DNA from: Micrococcales bacterium
GTDB lineage: Bacteria > Actinomycetota > Actinomycetes > S36-B12 > UBA10799
Direction of reading: 5' to 3'
Assembly (NCBI GenBank): GCA_016719135.1
Contig: JADKAV010000021.1
Span: 1,900-65,899, forward strand
Length of the DNA stretch: 64,000 nt
A program made the translations under genes and the position numbers. How positions within the stretch are numbered: position 1 is the stretch's first letter; every line of letters begins with the position of its first letter. The notes beneath the pieces are model-generated. The model worked only from the letters and a program-made list of their open reading frames with translations, searched no databases and had not been told where the DNA came from. Of the stretch, positions 41,082 through 53,324 are shown in pieces.

Positions 41082-41355
41082 CCGCCCTGGCGCAGGCGTT
41101 GGAGTTATGTACGTACGTTGGACAAGCGCACGTCCGTTGGAGTTGCGCGCTCCGTGGATCTCCAACGCATGTACCGATCTCCAACGTGCGTACCCAACTC
41201 TCACGCCTGTGGGTCAGCCGCCCGCCCTGGCGCAGGCGTGGGAGTTATGTACGTACGTTGGACAAGCGCACGTCCGTTGGAGTTGCACGCTCCGTGGATC
41301 TCCAACGTATATACCGATCTCCAACGTGCGTACCCGCAACTCTCACGCCTGCGCG
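41082..41355 (+). repeat. two tandem copies (140-bp period) of a ~135-bp structured dispersed repeat
   Basis: Copy 1 is 41082-41213 and copy 2 is 41222-41355. GTTGGA boxes lie at 41098, 41117 and 41136, and TCCAAC boxes at 41161 and 41180 (19-bp spacing). Nested stems: CGTTGGAG/CTCCAACG and TACGTACGTTGGA/TCCAACGTGCGTA. Related copies lie at 48716-48848 and 56619-56750. Confidence 0.9.
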
Positions 41356-41390
41356 TCGGACCCCGAGAGCCCTGGACGTAGGCTGAAACC

Positions 41391-42329
41391 ATGGATCGCC
41401 CGGTCTTGCCAGGTCGAGCAACTGGTACGACGATTCGGTGAGCACACCGCCGTCGACAAGGTCTCGTTCACGATCCGGAACCGGCGAGACCTACGGACCG
41501 CTGGGTCCCAACGGCGCAGGCAAGACGACCACGATCTCCGTGATCGCCGGACTGCTGAGGGCTGATGAAGCACCGTGACCCTACTCGGCGAACCCGTGAC
41601 ACCCCGCGCAAGTCGCTGATCGGGCTGGTGCCGCAGGACATCGCGTTCTACCCGGATCATCGGCCGTCGAGAACTTGCAGTTCTTCGGAAGGCTCCAGAA
41701 TCTCAACGGCAAGGCGTTGAGCGCCCGGATCGACGAGGTGTTGGACGTCGTGGGCCTGGCGGATCGGGCCAAGGACCGCATCGAGACCTACTCCGGGGGA
41801 TGAAGAGACGCGCGAACATCGCCGTCGGGCTCCTGCACGAACCACGGCTGCTGATCCTGGACGAGCCGACGGTGGGGGTGGATCCGCAGAGCCGCAACAG
41901 CATCCTCGAGGCCGTCGCAGAGCTCGGCGGGTCCGGAATGGCGGTCCTCTACACCACGCATTACATGGAGGAGGCCGAACGGCTGTGTGACCGCATCGGC
42001 ATCATCGATCAGGGTCGTTTGATCGCGGAGGGCTCGCGCGACGAACTGGTTCAGGGTCTGGGGGAGAAGGCCACCGTCAGTTTCCGAGTCGCCGGTGGGC
42101 GCGAGGACATCGAGGCCTGGCGAGTGGACCTCGAACGGCTGCCGGAAGTGAACGCCGTGAACGACGTCGAATCCGGACTGTCCGTTGTCACCGCCAGCGG
42201 TCCGGGTCTGATCGCACCGGCCGTGCAGTCCGCCCAGGCCCACCGACTCGAGGTGACCGAGTCGATGTCGTACAGCCCGATCTCGAAGCCGTCTTCTTGA
42301 ATCTGACGGGGAAAGCGCTGCGCGACTGA
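41391..42329 (+). CDS. ABC transporter ATP-binding protein (ABC-2/DrrA-like); multiple frame breaks
   Basis: Walker A GPNGAGKTT, signature YSGGMKRR and Walker B LLILDEP are recovered from three frames (ORFs 41056..41565 and 41800..42300 and others). The first break is near 41409. The stop overlaps the next start (TGATG at 42327-42331). Confidence 0.8.
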
Positions 42330-43479
42330 TGTGGCGCAACACGTGGTTGATTGCGGCGCTCGGCTTGCGCCGGTCCTTACGGGACCGGTCGATCCTCATC
42401 CAGGCGCTGTTGGCGCCGGTCGTCATCGCGCTGGTGGTGGGTGCGGCATTCGGATCGGGCTTCTCGCTCAACGTCACCATCGGGATCGCGGACGCGGACC
42501 GCTCCGAGATCTCCACGCAGATCGCGAAAGGCCTTGTCGGTTCCGGCGGGGACGGCATCGCGTTCTCCGCCGTGGCTGATCCGCAAAGCGTGCAGGCCGC
42601 CGTCGAGTCCGGTTCGTACGACGCGGTGGTCGTCATGCCCGCCGGACTGGGTGAGGCGGTGCTGTCGGGCCAGGACGCGCAGCTGGATGTGGTGGGGGTG
42701 GCCACGCAGCCGCTGGCGAGGTCGGTCGCAGAGGCGGTAGCCGGCGGTGTCGCCGCCGAACTGCAGACCGCGCGGGTCACGCGGTGGCCGCGAACGAGGC
42801 CGGCGTGGAAGACGTCGCCGCGTCGATCCAGAAGGCGGTGGCGTCCCCGCCGGCGATCACCGTGGAGCAGGGGGAAGTGGACGGCACGTTCTCCGTGATC
42901 GCCTACTTCGCGCCGGGGATGGCCATGTTGTTCCTGTTCTTCATCATCGGGGACGGTGCCCGGTCGATCGTTGCCGAACGCAAACAGGGCACGCTGCCGC
43001 GCATCCTCGCAGCACCGGTGAGCCCGACGTCCGTGCTGCTGGGCAAGACCGCGCAGGTCATGGTCGTGGGAGTCCTGAGCATGACCGCGGTGTGGCTGAT
43101 CACGTGGCTGGGTTTCGGAGCCGACTGGGGTGACCCGGTGGGGGTCTTCGTCGTGATCGTGGCCGCAGTGACCGCGATCGCCGGCATCTCGCTGCTCATC
43201 ACGGGGTTCGCGCGTACTGAGAACCAGGCCGACGCGCTGACCACGATCGTCGCGCTGCTGTTCGCCGTCGCCGGTGGGACGTTCTTCTGGGGGCGACCGG
43301 CGTGCTGGACACCATGCGGTTGTTCACCGAACGGGCTCGCGCTGTCGGCCTTCGTGGATCTGTCCGCCGCCCAGTCAGGACTGGCGGGGGTGATGCCGCA
43401 GGTTCTGCTGCTGCTGGCGATCGGGATCGGCACTGCCACCGCGGGTCTGCTCGCACTGCGGAACAAGGTGCTGTCATGA
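42329..43479 (+). CDS. ABC-2 type transporter permease; frame broken near 42790
   Basis: ORFs 42329..42898 and 42784..43479 join at ..AELQTARVT | VAANEAGVED... Six hydrophobic segments in the C-terminal half. Confidence 0.7.
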
Positions 43480-44612
43480 GGGCGGCACTGGCCACGGCCC
43501 GGTGAGTGGATTCGCTTCTTCCGCGACCGGATCGCGATGTTCAGCACCATTGCGCTGCCCCGTGTATCGTCCTGGTTCTGCTGATCGGGTTGAGTTTCGG
43601 GCAGTCCGGTTCACGGCTGCCGGTGGGGTTGCTCAGCGAGAACCCCGGACCGCTGGGGACGAGTCTGATCAGCGAACTGGAAGAGTCCGCCGCGGTTGAC
43701 GTGAGGCTCTACTCCGACCGCCGCGACCTGTATCGGGACATCCGCATGGGGACGGTGGGGGGCGGCGTCGACGTGCCTGCGGACGGCTCACCCGTGCAGG
43801 TATACGTGCAGCAGGCGTCCAGCGGGGCGGGTGTGATCCTGTCCACGGTCAATGCCGCGGCGGCGCGAGTGAGTACCCAGGCGGTGGCCGTGGACGTTCT
43901 CGTCCGGCGATGTCCCCGTTGCGCGAGCGGAGGCGGCTGTGGACGACGCGCTGGCAGAGGTCCCGCCCGTGACGGTCGCCGCCCGTCCCCTGGGCGCGGT
44001 CAACGAGATGGAGGAGAACCGGTTCGCCTCCGCCGTGCCGTCGCAGTTGATGCTATTTGTCTTCCTCAACGGGTTGCTCGGAGCGGCGGCACTGGTTCAG
44101 GCGCGGCAGTTGCGGGTCTTCCAGCGCACGCTCTCGACGCCGCACGGCCTGGGGGTGTATCTGTCGGGGCTCGGGGCGTCGCGGGTCGCGATCGCTTTGC
44201 TGCAGTCGGCCATCTTGCCTGGGGCCTGGGGTGCTGTCCTTCGGCGTCGACTTCGGCGTCGCCGTTGCGGTCGCTGGTGGTGGTCTACTCCGTGATCGCC
44301 GGAGCCGCCGGCATGCTGCTGGGCGGTATCGCGAACGCCCGGGCAGGCCGTGGCCGTGGCCGTGCCGCGGGCATCGTGCTGGGCATGCTAGGCGGGACGA
44401 TGTGGCCGCTGTCGGTCGTCGGTCCGCTGATGGCACGCATCGGTCACCTCACCCCACAGGCCTGGGCGATGGATGCCTGGAACCAGATCATCAACGACGG
44501 CGCCGGTCTGGCCGGGATCGCCACAGAACTCGCGGTACTCACCGGGTTCGCCGTGGCTCTGAGCGCGCTGGCGGTGTGGGCTCTGGGACGTCATGCCCGC
44601 ACCGGTCGATGA
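43476..44612 (+). CDS. ABC-2 type transporter permease (second); several frame breaks
   Basis: ATG 43476 overlaps the upstream TGA (ATGA). Fragments are ORFs 43302..43505, 43506..44612, 43939..44295 and 44057..44722. C-terminal ..LTPQAWAMDAWNQII.. is typical of this family. Confidence 0.65.
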
Positions 44613-44625
44613 GAGACTTGGCGGC

Positions 44626-45784
44626 CTATCCCAGCCATCCCCGAAGCCTGACCAGGGCTCGTCGAGCACTGCGGGCTGTTTGCAAACGCCCAACGAACGT
44701 ATGGGCCGGTCGCTTCGGGTGATCGCTCAGGGCCGACTGCGGAATCGCCACGACGCCGGCCTCATAAACACCTGTTGACAGAATTCCGCGCCGGTGGCGA
44801 ACCCGGCCGGCCGCACGTCCGTGGTCGCGAAGTACGTGCCCCGTGGCGCGATGACTCGTAGCCCCAGATCCGCCAGCCCATCGCACAACCGGTCGCGCTG
44901 CTGTGCAAGACCCTCGCGGAACTGTTCGAAGTAGACATCGGACAACCGCAGCCCTGTCGCCATGGCGTACTGAAACGGGCCGCCGGACACGTAGGACAGG
45001 TGCTGGCGCACCACCCGCACGGCCGCGATCAGGTCAGCGGGTCCGCTGGCCCAACCGACCTTCCATCCGGTGAACGAGAACGACTTGCCGCCGGACCCGA
45101 TCGTCACCGTGATCCCACATCCCCGGCAGCGAGGCGATCCGGGATGTGCCGGTTGTTGTCGAACCACAGGTGTTCGTAGGCCTCGTCGGCGATGACGAGC
45201 AGGTCGTTGGCCCGCGCGAACTCAGAATTGGCCGACAGTTCGGCCTGGGTGAAGACGATGCCGGTCGGGTTGTGGGGGCTGTTGAGTAGAAGCAGGCGGG
45301 TGTTCGCGGTGAGCGCTGCTGACATCGCCGCCACATCCGGGCGCAGGGTGTCCGCGACAAGCGGCACCGCGATGCGGCGGGCACCCGCCAGTGAAATGAC
45401 CGCACCGTACAGGTCGAAGTAGGGGTCCAGCACCATCACGTCCGCCCCCGGCTCGACCAGTGGCGAGCACCGCCGCGGGCGATCGCCTTCGGACGCGCCG
45501 GTGGCCCGACCACTGCGTCGGCCGCGTCGACCTGCAGGCCGTAGAACCGGTCCTGGTGTTCGCTGATCGCCGCTCGCAGGTCGGGCAAGCCGTGAGCCGG
45601 GGATACTGATCGCCCAAACCCTCCCGGATCGCGCGCTGGCGACCTGTCGGACCTGGGGAGGTCCGCCGGTGTCGGGAAACCCCTGCCCGAGGTTGATCGC
45701 CTCGAGTCGTGCAGCCAGCGCGGACATCTCGCCGAAGATGGTCCGCTCGTGGGAGCGCATTCTTGACACCAATCGATCCGGCAT
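44626..45784 (-). CDS. class I/II pyridoxal-phosphate-dependent aminotransferase; at least 5 frame breaks
   Basis: MPDRLVSRMRSHERTIFGEMSALAARLEAINLGQGFPD.. (start 45784), LLLLNSPHNPTG, GSGGKSFSFTGWKVGW (PLP lysine) and ..VRFAF-like C-terminus are scattered over ORFs 45104..46072, 45222..46658, 45034..45405, 44727..45167 and 44626..44886. Confidence 0.75.
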
Positions 45785-45843
45785 GCGTCCGATTCTGCGG
45801 CCTCCGGTGGCATGACTCGCGTTGGGGGGGAAGATTCCCAACC

Positions 45844-46566
45844 GTGGGTGTTGCACTGGTAACTGGACCGACCGCCGGGATCGGGCGCGAGATCGCCTTT
45901 GAACTGGCCCTGCAAGGCCAAGGCTGATTCTGGTTGCACGCGACGAGCGGCGGCTCAACGACCTGGCCGACGAACTGGGCAACTGTCGGGTTCTGGCAGC
46001 GGACCTGTCCGATCGTGAACAACTCAAGCAGGTGGAGCAGGCAGCCACCGGGGTGGACTGGTTGGTCAACAACGCCGGCTACGGCATCACGCAGAGTTTT
46101 CTGGAATCCACCGTCGAGCAGGAGCAGGCGCTGCTGGATGTGCTCGTGGTCGCGGTGATGCGGCTGACCCATGCCGCCCTGCCCGGCATGGTCGAGCGGG
46201 GGCGCGGCAGGATTCTCAACGTGTCGAGTGTCGCCGGCTGGCTTCCGATGGGGACCTACTCCGCGGCCAAAGCCTGGGTCACGACGTTCACCGAAGGGCT
46301 CGCCGCCGGGACGCCGGCGGGCATCCGCCACGGCCCTGTGTCCGGGGTTCACCGCACCGAGTTCCACGAACGCGCGATATGCGGGTCGACGGCCCCGGCT
46401 GGATGTGGCTGGACGCCGGCGCGGTCGCGAGGCAGGGTGTGCGTGACTGCGAGCGCGGCGTCGTACTCTCGGTGCGCGAGCCGCCGGTACTGGGCCGCCG
46501 CGACGGCCGCACGCTACACCCGCGCAGAATCCTGCGGGCCGCCACCAAGCCGAAGGAGTTCCGCTG
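45844..46566 (+). CDS. SDR family oxidoreductase; several frame breaks
   Basis: GTG 45844, then ALVTGPTAGIGRE. NNAG and YSAAK are in ORF 46032..46631. The C-terminus is in ORF 46379..46567. The stop overlaps the next ATG (TGATG). Confidence 0.7.
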
Positions 46567-47574
46567 ATGCGTCTGGTTGTGCTGGGAGGCACGCGATTTG
46601 TGGGCCGGGCGATCTGTGCCGCCGCACATAAGCGGGGGTACGACGTCGTGGTCTTCAACCGTGGCCACAGCGGTCCCCGCCGGCCGGGGCCTTGGCGGTA
46701 CGCGGTGACCGGACGACGATCTCGGATCTGCGCGACCTGGCCAAGTTGGTCGACGAACGAGGCGGCGCGGACATCGTGATCGACCCTGCTTGTTATGCGC
46801 CTTCACATGCCCTGACCAGCGCCCGGATCCTGCGCGATGTCGCACCGAGTTACGCCGTGGTCTCCACGGTCACTGCCCACAGCCAGTGGCCTGCGCAACC
46901 GGTGAGCTCGTCGTCGCCGGTCTACAGACAGGCATTACGCAAGGGGCCCAGCGACGACCTCGAGTTGTACGGCAGGCTCAAGGCGGGGTCGAACGAGCGG
47001 TGGAGACGATCTTCGGGAAGATCAACACGCTGGTCGTGCGGCCCGGGGTCGTGCTCGGCCCGCATGAGGATCTCGGCCGTCTTCCGACTACCTGCGACGG
47101 GCATCGCGCGGCGACTTCGTCGTCGGGGTGATCCTGCGCAGGCGTTCCAGTACGTCGACTCGCGGGATCTGGCCGACTTCATCTTGACGTGTGCGGAGAC
47201 CGGGCGCCCGGGGCGTTACGACGTGGTGACGCGGACTGGGGAGTACACGTGGGGGGACTTCGCACAGGCCGTGGCCGAGGTCGCCGGCAGCAAACCTGTC
47301 TTCGTCGAGGATGAACGGCTGCTGGCTGCCGGCGTCACGCCCTGGCGGGCCTGCCCTGTGGTCCCCGCAGGGGCCCGATGTCGAGGGGCTGTGGTCGGTC
47401 GACGGATCGGCCGCCTACGAATTCGGATTCTCGGACCGCCCGCTGCGCGACACCGTGGCGGACACGTGGAAGTGGCTGCAGAAAGAAGACCCGGACTGGA
47501 CCCCTTCGTCGCGGGCGGCCGTGTCCGGAATCGATCCAGAGGTCGAGAGGCAGTTGATCGCCAGCACCGGCTGA
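46567..47574 (+). CDS. NAD-dependent epimerase/dehydratase family protein; several frame breaks
   Basis: MRLVVLGGTRFVGRA (Rossmann GxxGxxG). Fragments are ORFs 46567..46779, 46692..47696 and 47311..47574. Confidence 0.65.
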
Positions 47575-47584
47575 ACGCTGCTGC

Positions 47585-48060
47585 TCACCCAGCGGTCCGC
47601 GACCTGCCGGATTTCGCCCGCGATGTCGTCCCCTGGCGAGAGGTCCCACCCGCGCAAATTCCGCCAGGTGCGACTCATTCGTCCCCAGGTAGGTGACCGG
47701 CGCGTCCGGCCAGTCCTGCACACCGGGCTTGGGCAACTCGCCGTCCACGAGTACGTACCCGACGACCCGGCGCCTCGAGGCCCGCTGGGCGAACCCGAGA
47801 GCGGCCAGCATTCTGCCGGCGGCGCCCTGCGCGACCAGAAGCACAGGGTGCGCGGTTGCTGCGGGCGGCGGTTCGAAACGCGCAATGTCCGACCCAGGCG
47901 CCGGCCAGATCGAGTCCCCGTTGATCGGCTGCGACGCGAGCTCCTCAGGATTTTCACGTTGTAGTTGTACGCGGCCAGCTCCGCGGCGATCTCGCGCCGG
48001 GGCCAGGACTGTTCCGGCACCGGCGGCGGCGGCGATCAAGAGATCCGACACCCCTCCATG
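47585..48060 (-). CDS. hypothetical protein (possibly alpha/beta-fold-like), frame-disrupted
   Basis: Coherent peptide runs on the minus strand (..HPVLLVAQGAAGRMLAALGF.., ..VVGYVLVDGELPKPGVQDWPDAPVTYLG..) are split over ORFs 47335..48051 and 47415..48020. The ends are uncertain. Confidence 0.35.
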
Positions 48061-48104
48061 GTCAACTGCAATGACCGATCGGCAAATGGGCGCGCCGGAC
48101 GCGG

Positions 48105-48632
48105 TCAGTCCAGACCGAGGTCCGCGAGGCTCAGGGCGGCGCGGTACTCCAGACCTGCTCGGCGCACGGCCTCCCCGGCACCGCGATCGACGATCACCGC
48201 GACGGCGACCACCTCGGCGCCTTCTTCGCGCAGGGCGTCGACCGCGGCCAGGATGCTGGATCCGGTGGTCGATGTGTCCTCAACGGCGAGCACGTGTCGC
48301 CCAGCGACGTCCGGGCCTTCGATGCGGCGCTGCAGGCCGTGTGCCTTGCCCTGTTTTCGCACCACGAATGCGTCCAGCGGCCGGCCCTTCGCGTGCATCA
48401 TCGCGGTCGCGACCGGGTCCGCCCCGAGAGTCAGCCCGCCCACCGCGTCGTAGTGCAGGTCCGCGGTGAGTTCGCGCATGACCTCGCCGACCACCGGCGC
48501 GGCCTCGTGGTCCAGCGTCACGCGCCGCAGGTCGATGTAGTAGTCGGCTTCCTTACCCGAGGACAGGGTGACCTTGCCGTGCACCACCGCTTTGTCCAGG
48601 ATCTGCTGCTTCAAGTGGTCGAGATCGCTCAC
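48105..48632 (-). CDS. pyrE: orotate phosphoribosyltransferase
   Basis: Intact 175-aa ORF. PRPP-binding motif VLAVEDTSTTGSS. SSGKEADYYIDLR block. Confidence 0.9.
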   Translation of the reverse strand: MSDLDHLKQQILDKAVVHGKVTLSSGKEADYYIDLRRVTLDHEAAPVVGEVMRELTADLHYDAVGGLTLGADPVATAMMHAKGRPLDAFVVRKQGKAHGLQRRIEGPDVAGRHVLAVEDTSTTGSSILAAVDALREEGAEVVAVAVIVDRGAGEAVRRAGLEYRAALSLADLGLD

Positions 48633-48715
48633 AGCCTCAGGCTAGTCCCGCGGCGCCGTGCTCAGGGCGGTGGCGAACATTGGATGGTCGCGTCGGCGGC
48701 ATCCAGGCGGGTGCG

Positions 48716-48848
48716 GGGCACAGCCGTGAGTTAGGTACGGGCGTTGGAGATCGGTACCTGCGTTGGAGTTCCGCGGGCCGTGCAACTCCAACGGGTGTGC
48801 GGTTGTCCAACGTGGGTGCACAACTCCAACGCCTGCGCCGGGGGCGGG
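48716..48848 (-). repeat. inverted copy of the ~135-bp GTTGGA-box repeat
   Basis: The reverse complement aligns along its whole length with 41082-41213 (..GTGAGTTAGGTACGGGCGTTGGAGATCGGTACCTGCGTTGGAG..CAACTCCAACGCCTGCGCC..). It lies between divergent pyrE and dedA. Confidence 0.85.
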
Positions 48849-48882
48849 AGTGCAAGTTCGCGCGCAAGGTACCGTCGTATAT

Positions 48883-49550
48883 ATGACGCAAAGCTTGGCC
48901 CTGCTGGATTTCCTGCAGCCGGAGAACATCCTCACCTGGCTCAGGCCGCTGGCGCTGATCGGCGTCATCATCATCATCTTCGCCGAGTGTGGCCTGCTGA
49001 TCGGGTTCTTCCTGCCCGGTGACTCCCTGCTGTTCATCACCGGCCTGTTCATTGCGCAAGGCTTCATCGACACCCCGATCTGGCTGGCCGCGACGCTGCT
49101 GGCAATCGCCGCCGTGGCGGGCAACGCGACCGGCTACTGGATCGGCTACGTCGCCGGCCCCAAACTGTTCAGCCGCCCCGACTCGCGCCTGTTCAAAAGG
49201 AGTACGTCGACAAGACCCATCAGTTCTTCCGGGCGGTACGGAGCGAGGGCAGTGGTGCTCGCCCGGTTCGTTCCCATCGTGCGGACGTTCATCACCGCGA
49301 TGGCCGGCGTCAGGCGGATGAACTTCCGCGTCTACATGATCTACTCGACCGTCGGCGGCATCCTGTGGGAGCCGGTGCGACCCTGCTGGGCTACGCGCTG
49401 GGCAATGTCCCATTCGTCAAGGACAACATCGAGCTGATCCTGATCGCGGTCGTCGGCATCAGTGTGCTGCCGATCGTCTACGAGTACATCCGGCACAAGC
49501 GCGAGGTCGCAGCGGATCCGCAGACGCAAGGCGCACCCGACCCGCAGTAG
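48883..49550 (+). CDS. DedA/VTT-family membrane protein; about 3 frame breaks
   Basis: ATG 48883 lies within ORF 48763..49437. IIIFAECGLLIGFFLPGDSLLF and ARFVPIVRTFITAMAG are present. The C-terminal part is in ORF 49365..49550. Confidence 0.75.
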
Positions 49551-49557
49551 TCGCACC

Positions 49558-50087
49558 TCACAGGTGCTGCAGCGCCAGGCGTACGCATGGCGATCGCGGC
49601 GGCGGCCCGGCATTGATCGAACGAGTCGATCCGTATTGCGTGATGTGCAGGACCTCCTGGCACAGATCCAGGTGACTCGTCGCTGAGCCCGGGTCCCTCC
49701 TGCCCGGAAGCAACACACATGCACGGGGCAGAACCCTGCGTTCAATCGCGGTGGACCCCTCGATGTTGTCGATGCCGATGATGGGCAATCCCAGATCCAG
49801 AAGTCCCGCCGGATCACTATGGTGCTCAGACGTGCTGGTAGCGGTCGGTGACCATGGCTCCGCGCCGGTTCCACCTGCGGCGCCCGACGATGTGCACGGC
49901 GGCCACGTTGAAGGCATTGGCGGTACGCACGACCGAACCGATGTTGAAGTCGTGCGGAAGTTCTCGATCGCGATGTACCGGGTGCCGGGTGCTGTCGAGC
50001 TCGGCGATGATGGCCTCCGGCGCCAGTAGCTGGAACCGGTCCTCGACGTTGCGGGTGTCACCCTCGTGGGTGCGGGCCCACGGTCAT
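49558..50087 (-). CDS. SpoU/TrmH-family RNA 2'-O-methyltransferase; several frame breaks
   Basis: NIGSVVRTANAF, IIGIDNIEGS, VLLFGQEGPGLS and SINAGAAAAIAMY are recovered from ORFs 49558..50061, 49341..49874 and 49478..49720 and a further frame. The start is taken as ATG 50087. Confidence 0.65.
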
Positions 50088-50305
50088 GGGATCAGGCTAG
50101 CCAGTCGACGCGCGACGGCAACGTCCCGGTGGATCCTGCCTGCTGATTGCGTGCCGCACCGTTACGTGCCGGTAAACCGGATTGGTCGGACTCGGATTTG
50201 GTCGGGACCGGCTCGGTCGGACCAGTTCAAACCGGTGCCGGATCGGACCGCGGCGGGTTTCCCGTGTGCCTGCGCGGTTCGGCCCGACTCGCTACCCTTG
50301 GCGAC

Positions 50306-51319
50306 ATGCCCATCGCCACCCCCGAGGTCTACGCCGAGATGCTCGACCGCGCCAAGGCCGGCGCGTTCGCCTACCCGGCGATCAACTGCACGTCATCGCC
50401 GTCCATCATCGCCGCACTGCATGGCTTCGCCGAGGCGGGGAGCGACGGGATCATCCAGTTCTCCTGGGGCGGCGCCCAGTTCGCCTCCGGGCAGTCGTCA
50501 AGGACATGGTGACCGGGGCCGTCGCGCTGGCCGAGTTCGCGCACGTCGTGGCCGAGAAGTACGACGTCCAGATCGCGCTGCACACCGACCACTGCCCGAA
50601 GGACAAGCTCGACGGATTCATGCGTCCGCTGGTCGACATCTCCCTCGAGCGCGTCAAGGCGGGCAAGCTCCCGCTGTTCCAGTCGCACATGTGGGACGGC
50701 TCGGCCGTGCCGCTCGAGGAGAACCTCGACATCGCCGAGGAACTGCTGGACAAGTGCCACCGCGCCAACATCATCATGGAGCTCGAGATCGGCGTCGTCG
50801 GCGGCGAGGAGGACGGCATCGAGGCCAAGCATGACGCGAAGCTGTTCTCGTCGGTCGAGGACGGCCTGGCCACGGCCGAGGCACTCGGCCTTGGCGAGCG
50901 CGGGCGCTACCTGGTCGCCGCCTCGTTCGGCAACGTCCACGGCGTCTACAAGCCCGGCAACGTCGTCCTCACCCCAAGCATCCTCAAGAGATCCAGAAGG
51001 CCGTCGGCGAAGTACGGCGTCGACAAGCCGTTCGACCTGGTGTTCCACGGCGGGTCCGGCTCGCTGCTCTCGGAGATCCGCGAGGCCCTCGACTACGGCG
51101 TGGTCAAGATGAACGTCGACACCGACACCCAGTACGCCTTCACCCGCCCCGTCGTCACGCACATGTTCAAGAACTACGACGGCGTGCTCAAGGTCGACGG
51201 CGAGGTCGGCAACAAGAAGTTCTACGACCCCCGCGCCTGGGGCAAGGCCGCCGAAGCCGGGATGGCCGCCCGCGTGAAGCAGGCCTGCGAGGACTTGCGC
51301 TCAGTCGGAACGAAAATGA
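50306..51319 (+). CDS. fbaA: class II fructose-bisphosphate aldolase; about 3 frame breaks
   Basis: MPIATPEVYAEMLDRAKAGAFAYPAINC.. (ORF 50147..50512), then HTDHCPK, FGNVHGVYKPGNV, VFHGGSGS (ORF 50182..51420). Breaks lie near 50495 and 50985. The listed ORF runs on to 51420, but homology ends at ..ACEDLRSVGTK, so the true stop is probably near 51319. Confidence 0.85.
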
Positions 51320-51477
51320 CCTGGCCAGCCTGCAGGACGGATCGGGAGCCAACGGGTCATACGACTCCCCGACAGCTTCTTGGATCCCGCCTTGCGCGTC
51401 GCGGAGTCAGCCCTACCTAAGGTCGGGTTCTGGTATTCGGATTCCGTTGGACCCGCTCAGCGTGGAAGGATGCGCGC

Positions 51478-51873
51478 ATGGACGTTCTCACCGATGAACA
51501 GTGCTGGGAATTGCTCAGCGCAGCCAGATTGGACGGCTGGCCGTGGTTGTCGCCGGACGCCCTGATATCTGCCCGGTCAACTACCTGGTGCACGAGGACC
51601 AGGTCATTTCAAGACCGCCGAAGGCAGCAAGCTTGCCTCGGTGATGACGCATCCGAAGTCGCGTTCGAGATCGACGGCTACGACGAGGCGACGAATGAGG
51701 CCTGGTCGGTGGTCGTGGCTGGAATAGCGCGGGTCCTCAGCCGGGAGGCGGATCTGAACCTCGCCGACACCCTGCCTCTTTTCCCATGGAACCTGGATCC
51801 CAAGCACCATTACGTGGCTATCGATGCCGACTCTCAGTGGCCGGCGGTTCGTCGCGGGAGGGGCCGGCACTAG
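51478..51873 (+). CDS. pyridoxamine 5'-phosphate oxidase-family (PPOX-class) protein; about 3 frame breaks
   Basis: MDVLTDEQCWELLSAARLGRLAVVV.GRPDICPVNYLVHEDQVIFKTAEGSKLASV..VAFEIDGYDEATNEAWSVVVAG.. is obtained by frame switching at ~51530, ~51606 and ~51655. The 3' end is uncertain (..SGRRF is in another frame). Confidence 0.6.
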   Translation: MDVLTDEQCWELLSAARLDGWPWLSPDALISARSTTWCTRTRSFQDRRRQQACLGDDASEVAFEIDGYDEATNEAWSVVVAGIARVLSREADLNLADTLPLFPWNLDPKHHYVAIDADSQWPAVRRGRGRH

Positions 51874-51897
51874 GGGGTTCCTTCGGCATTTCGCTGA

Positions 51898-53251
<1,354 letters not shown>

Positions 53252-53324
53252 ACGGATCAGGAGCCCCGAGGCCTGAAGCACCCATCCCTGGCAGACCGCC
53301 GCACACCCGCCTACCCTTGAGAGC

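Noticed and set aside
41082-41355. Possible CRISPR array (also considered for 4825-5071 and 15325-15502)
   Set aside because: The units abut each other without unique spacers. There are only 2-3 copies and no cas genes. Copies of the 41-kb element are dispersed singly elsewhere.
41056-41445. Small ORFs 41056..41565, 41099..41386, 41118..41381, 41201..41392 and 41245..41445
   Set aside because: These are translations of the GTTGGA-box repeat; the same peptides recur at the 48.7- and 56.7-kb copies. They are repeat DNA, not a gene family.
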